A DNA stretch of 64,000 bases, from positions 628-64,627 of IMG/VR virus record IMGVR_UViG_3300018890_000001; one strand, written 5' to 3'. The notes beneath the pieces were generated by a model. That model searched no databases and was not told the DNA's origin. It worked only from the letters and a program-made list of their open reading frames with translations. How positions within the stretch are numbered: the first letter of the stretch is position 1; the number at the start of each line of letters is the position of its first letter. Positions 63,523-64,000 of the stretch are shown in pieces. The translations under genes were made by a program, and so were the position numbers. Origin of the DNA: a virus.

Positions 63523-64000
63523 ATGACTCAACCGCATCTTTCATTAAATGGCACTTCAGGCACACTCTGGGAAATCAGGCGACAAGAAAATATACACCCG
63601 TATCTAGGAATCCGTCAGGCAATCTTAATCATCAACGATCACACAAAAGCGCTAAAAGAGGGGAAACTCGCTCAGAAAAAAGCAAGGGTTGCTTTAAGCG
63701 CACAAAAAGAAAAGTTTTTAAGTGTAGAGGGTGATGAGCGCGATATTCTTTTCGACGAAATCGAACTTGCTGAATACAACTTAGAATCATTTGATCAACT
63801 CATTCTTGATGTCGAAACAGAATTAAATGTTGCACTGCAAGAAAAGCTGAGAATCGAAAATTGCAATCCTGACATGATTACAAAAAGCTACGAAGAATTG
63901 CAAGTTACCTATGCCAACGAAGCATTTCAATGTAAGTTGGCCCGTGCCGTAGTTGTTTCTGCCTATAGTAGTCACAAGATGATTTCAGAAGGTGCCGCCG
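63523..64000 (+). CDS. Coiled-coil protein (3'-partial)
   Basis: Manual translation MTQPHLSLNG... is open to the window end. Confidence 0.65.
   Translation, partial: MTQPHLSLNGTSGTLWEIRRQENIHPYLGIRQAILIINDHTKALKEGKLAQKKARVALSAQKEKFLSVEGDERDILFDEIELAEYNLESFDQLILDVETELNVALQEKLRIENCNPDMITKSYEELQVTYANEAFQCKLARAVVVSAYSSHKMISEGAA

Noticed and set aside
1-64000. tRNA or rRNA genes
   Set aside because: No cloverleaf with T-loop GTTCRA plus acceptor stem, and no rRNA-like segment, recognised by eye; tRNAscan-SE would be decisive.

Overview
The window is part of a large cyanobacterial myovirus-like element that probably has a temperate or phage-plasmid lifestyle. The host call rests on strong enrichment of the HIP1 octamer GCGATCGC, an STRR-like heptamer array, a cyanobacterial-type monomeric class II RNR and an NblA-like gene. 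Structural and lysis genes are scattered: tail-associated M15, GH19 and C39 hydrolases, a 1251-aa gp5/VgrG-like spike, tail tube, an enlarged tail sheath and beta-propeller proteins. No capsid, portal, terminase or integrase gene is visible. Between these genes lie many single-gene cassettes bounded by AT-rich promoters and bidirectional hairpin terminators. The best-supported non-obvious features are: (1) an ORF-less 249-nt group I intron in the NPCGE catalytic loop of nrdJ, with a free-standing HNH gene just upstream; (2) a replication-initiator-like gene with internal 21-bp repeats and a predicted ~70-nt antisense RNA and alternative-pairing leader; (3) two compact ABC/AAA_21-type ATPase homologues with ablated catalytic motifs (candidate anti-defence decoys); (4) an NblA-like protein; (5) a membrane-protein plus FtsK/TraD-like ATPase operon behind a repeat-laden divergent promoter; (6) a tail tube gene bracketed by an intact tnpB element and an orphan omegaRNA-type IS200/IS605 remnant. 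All family assignments come from motif recognition by eye; no database search was run.
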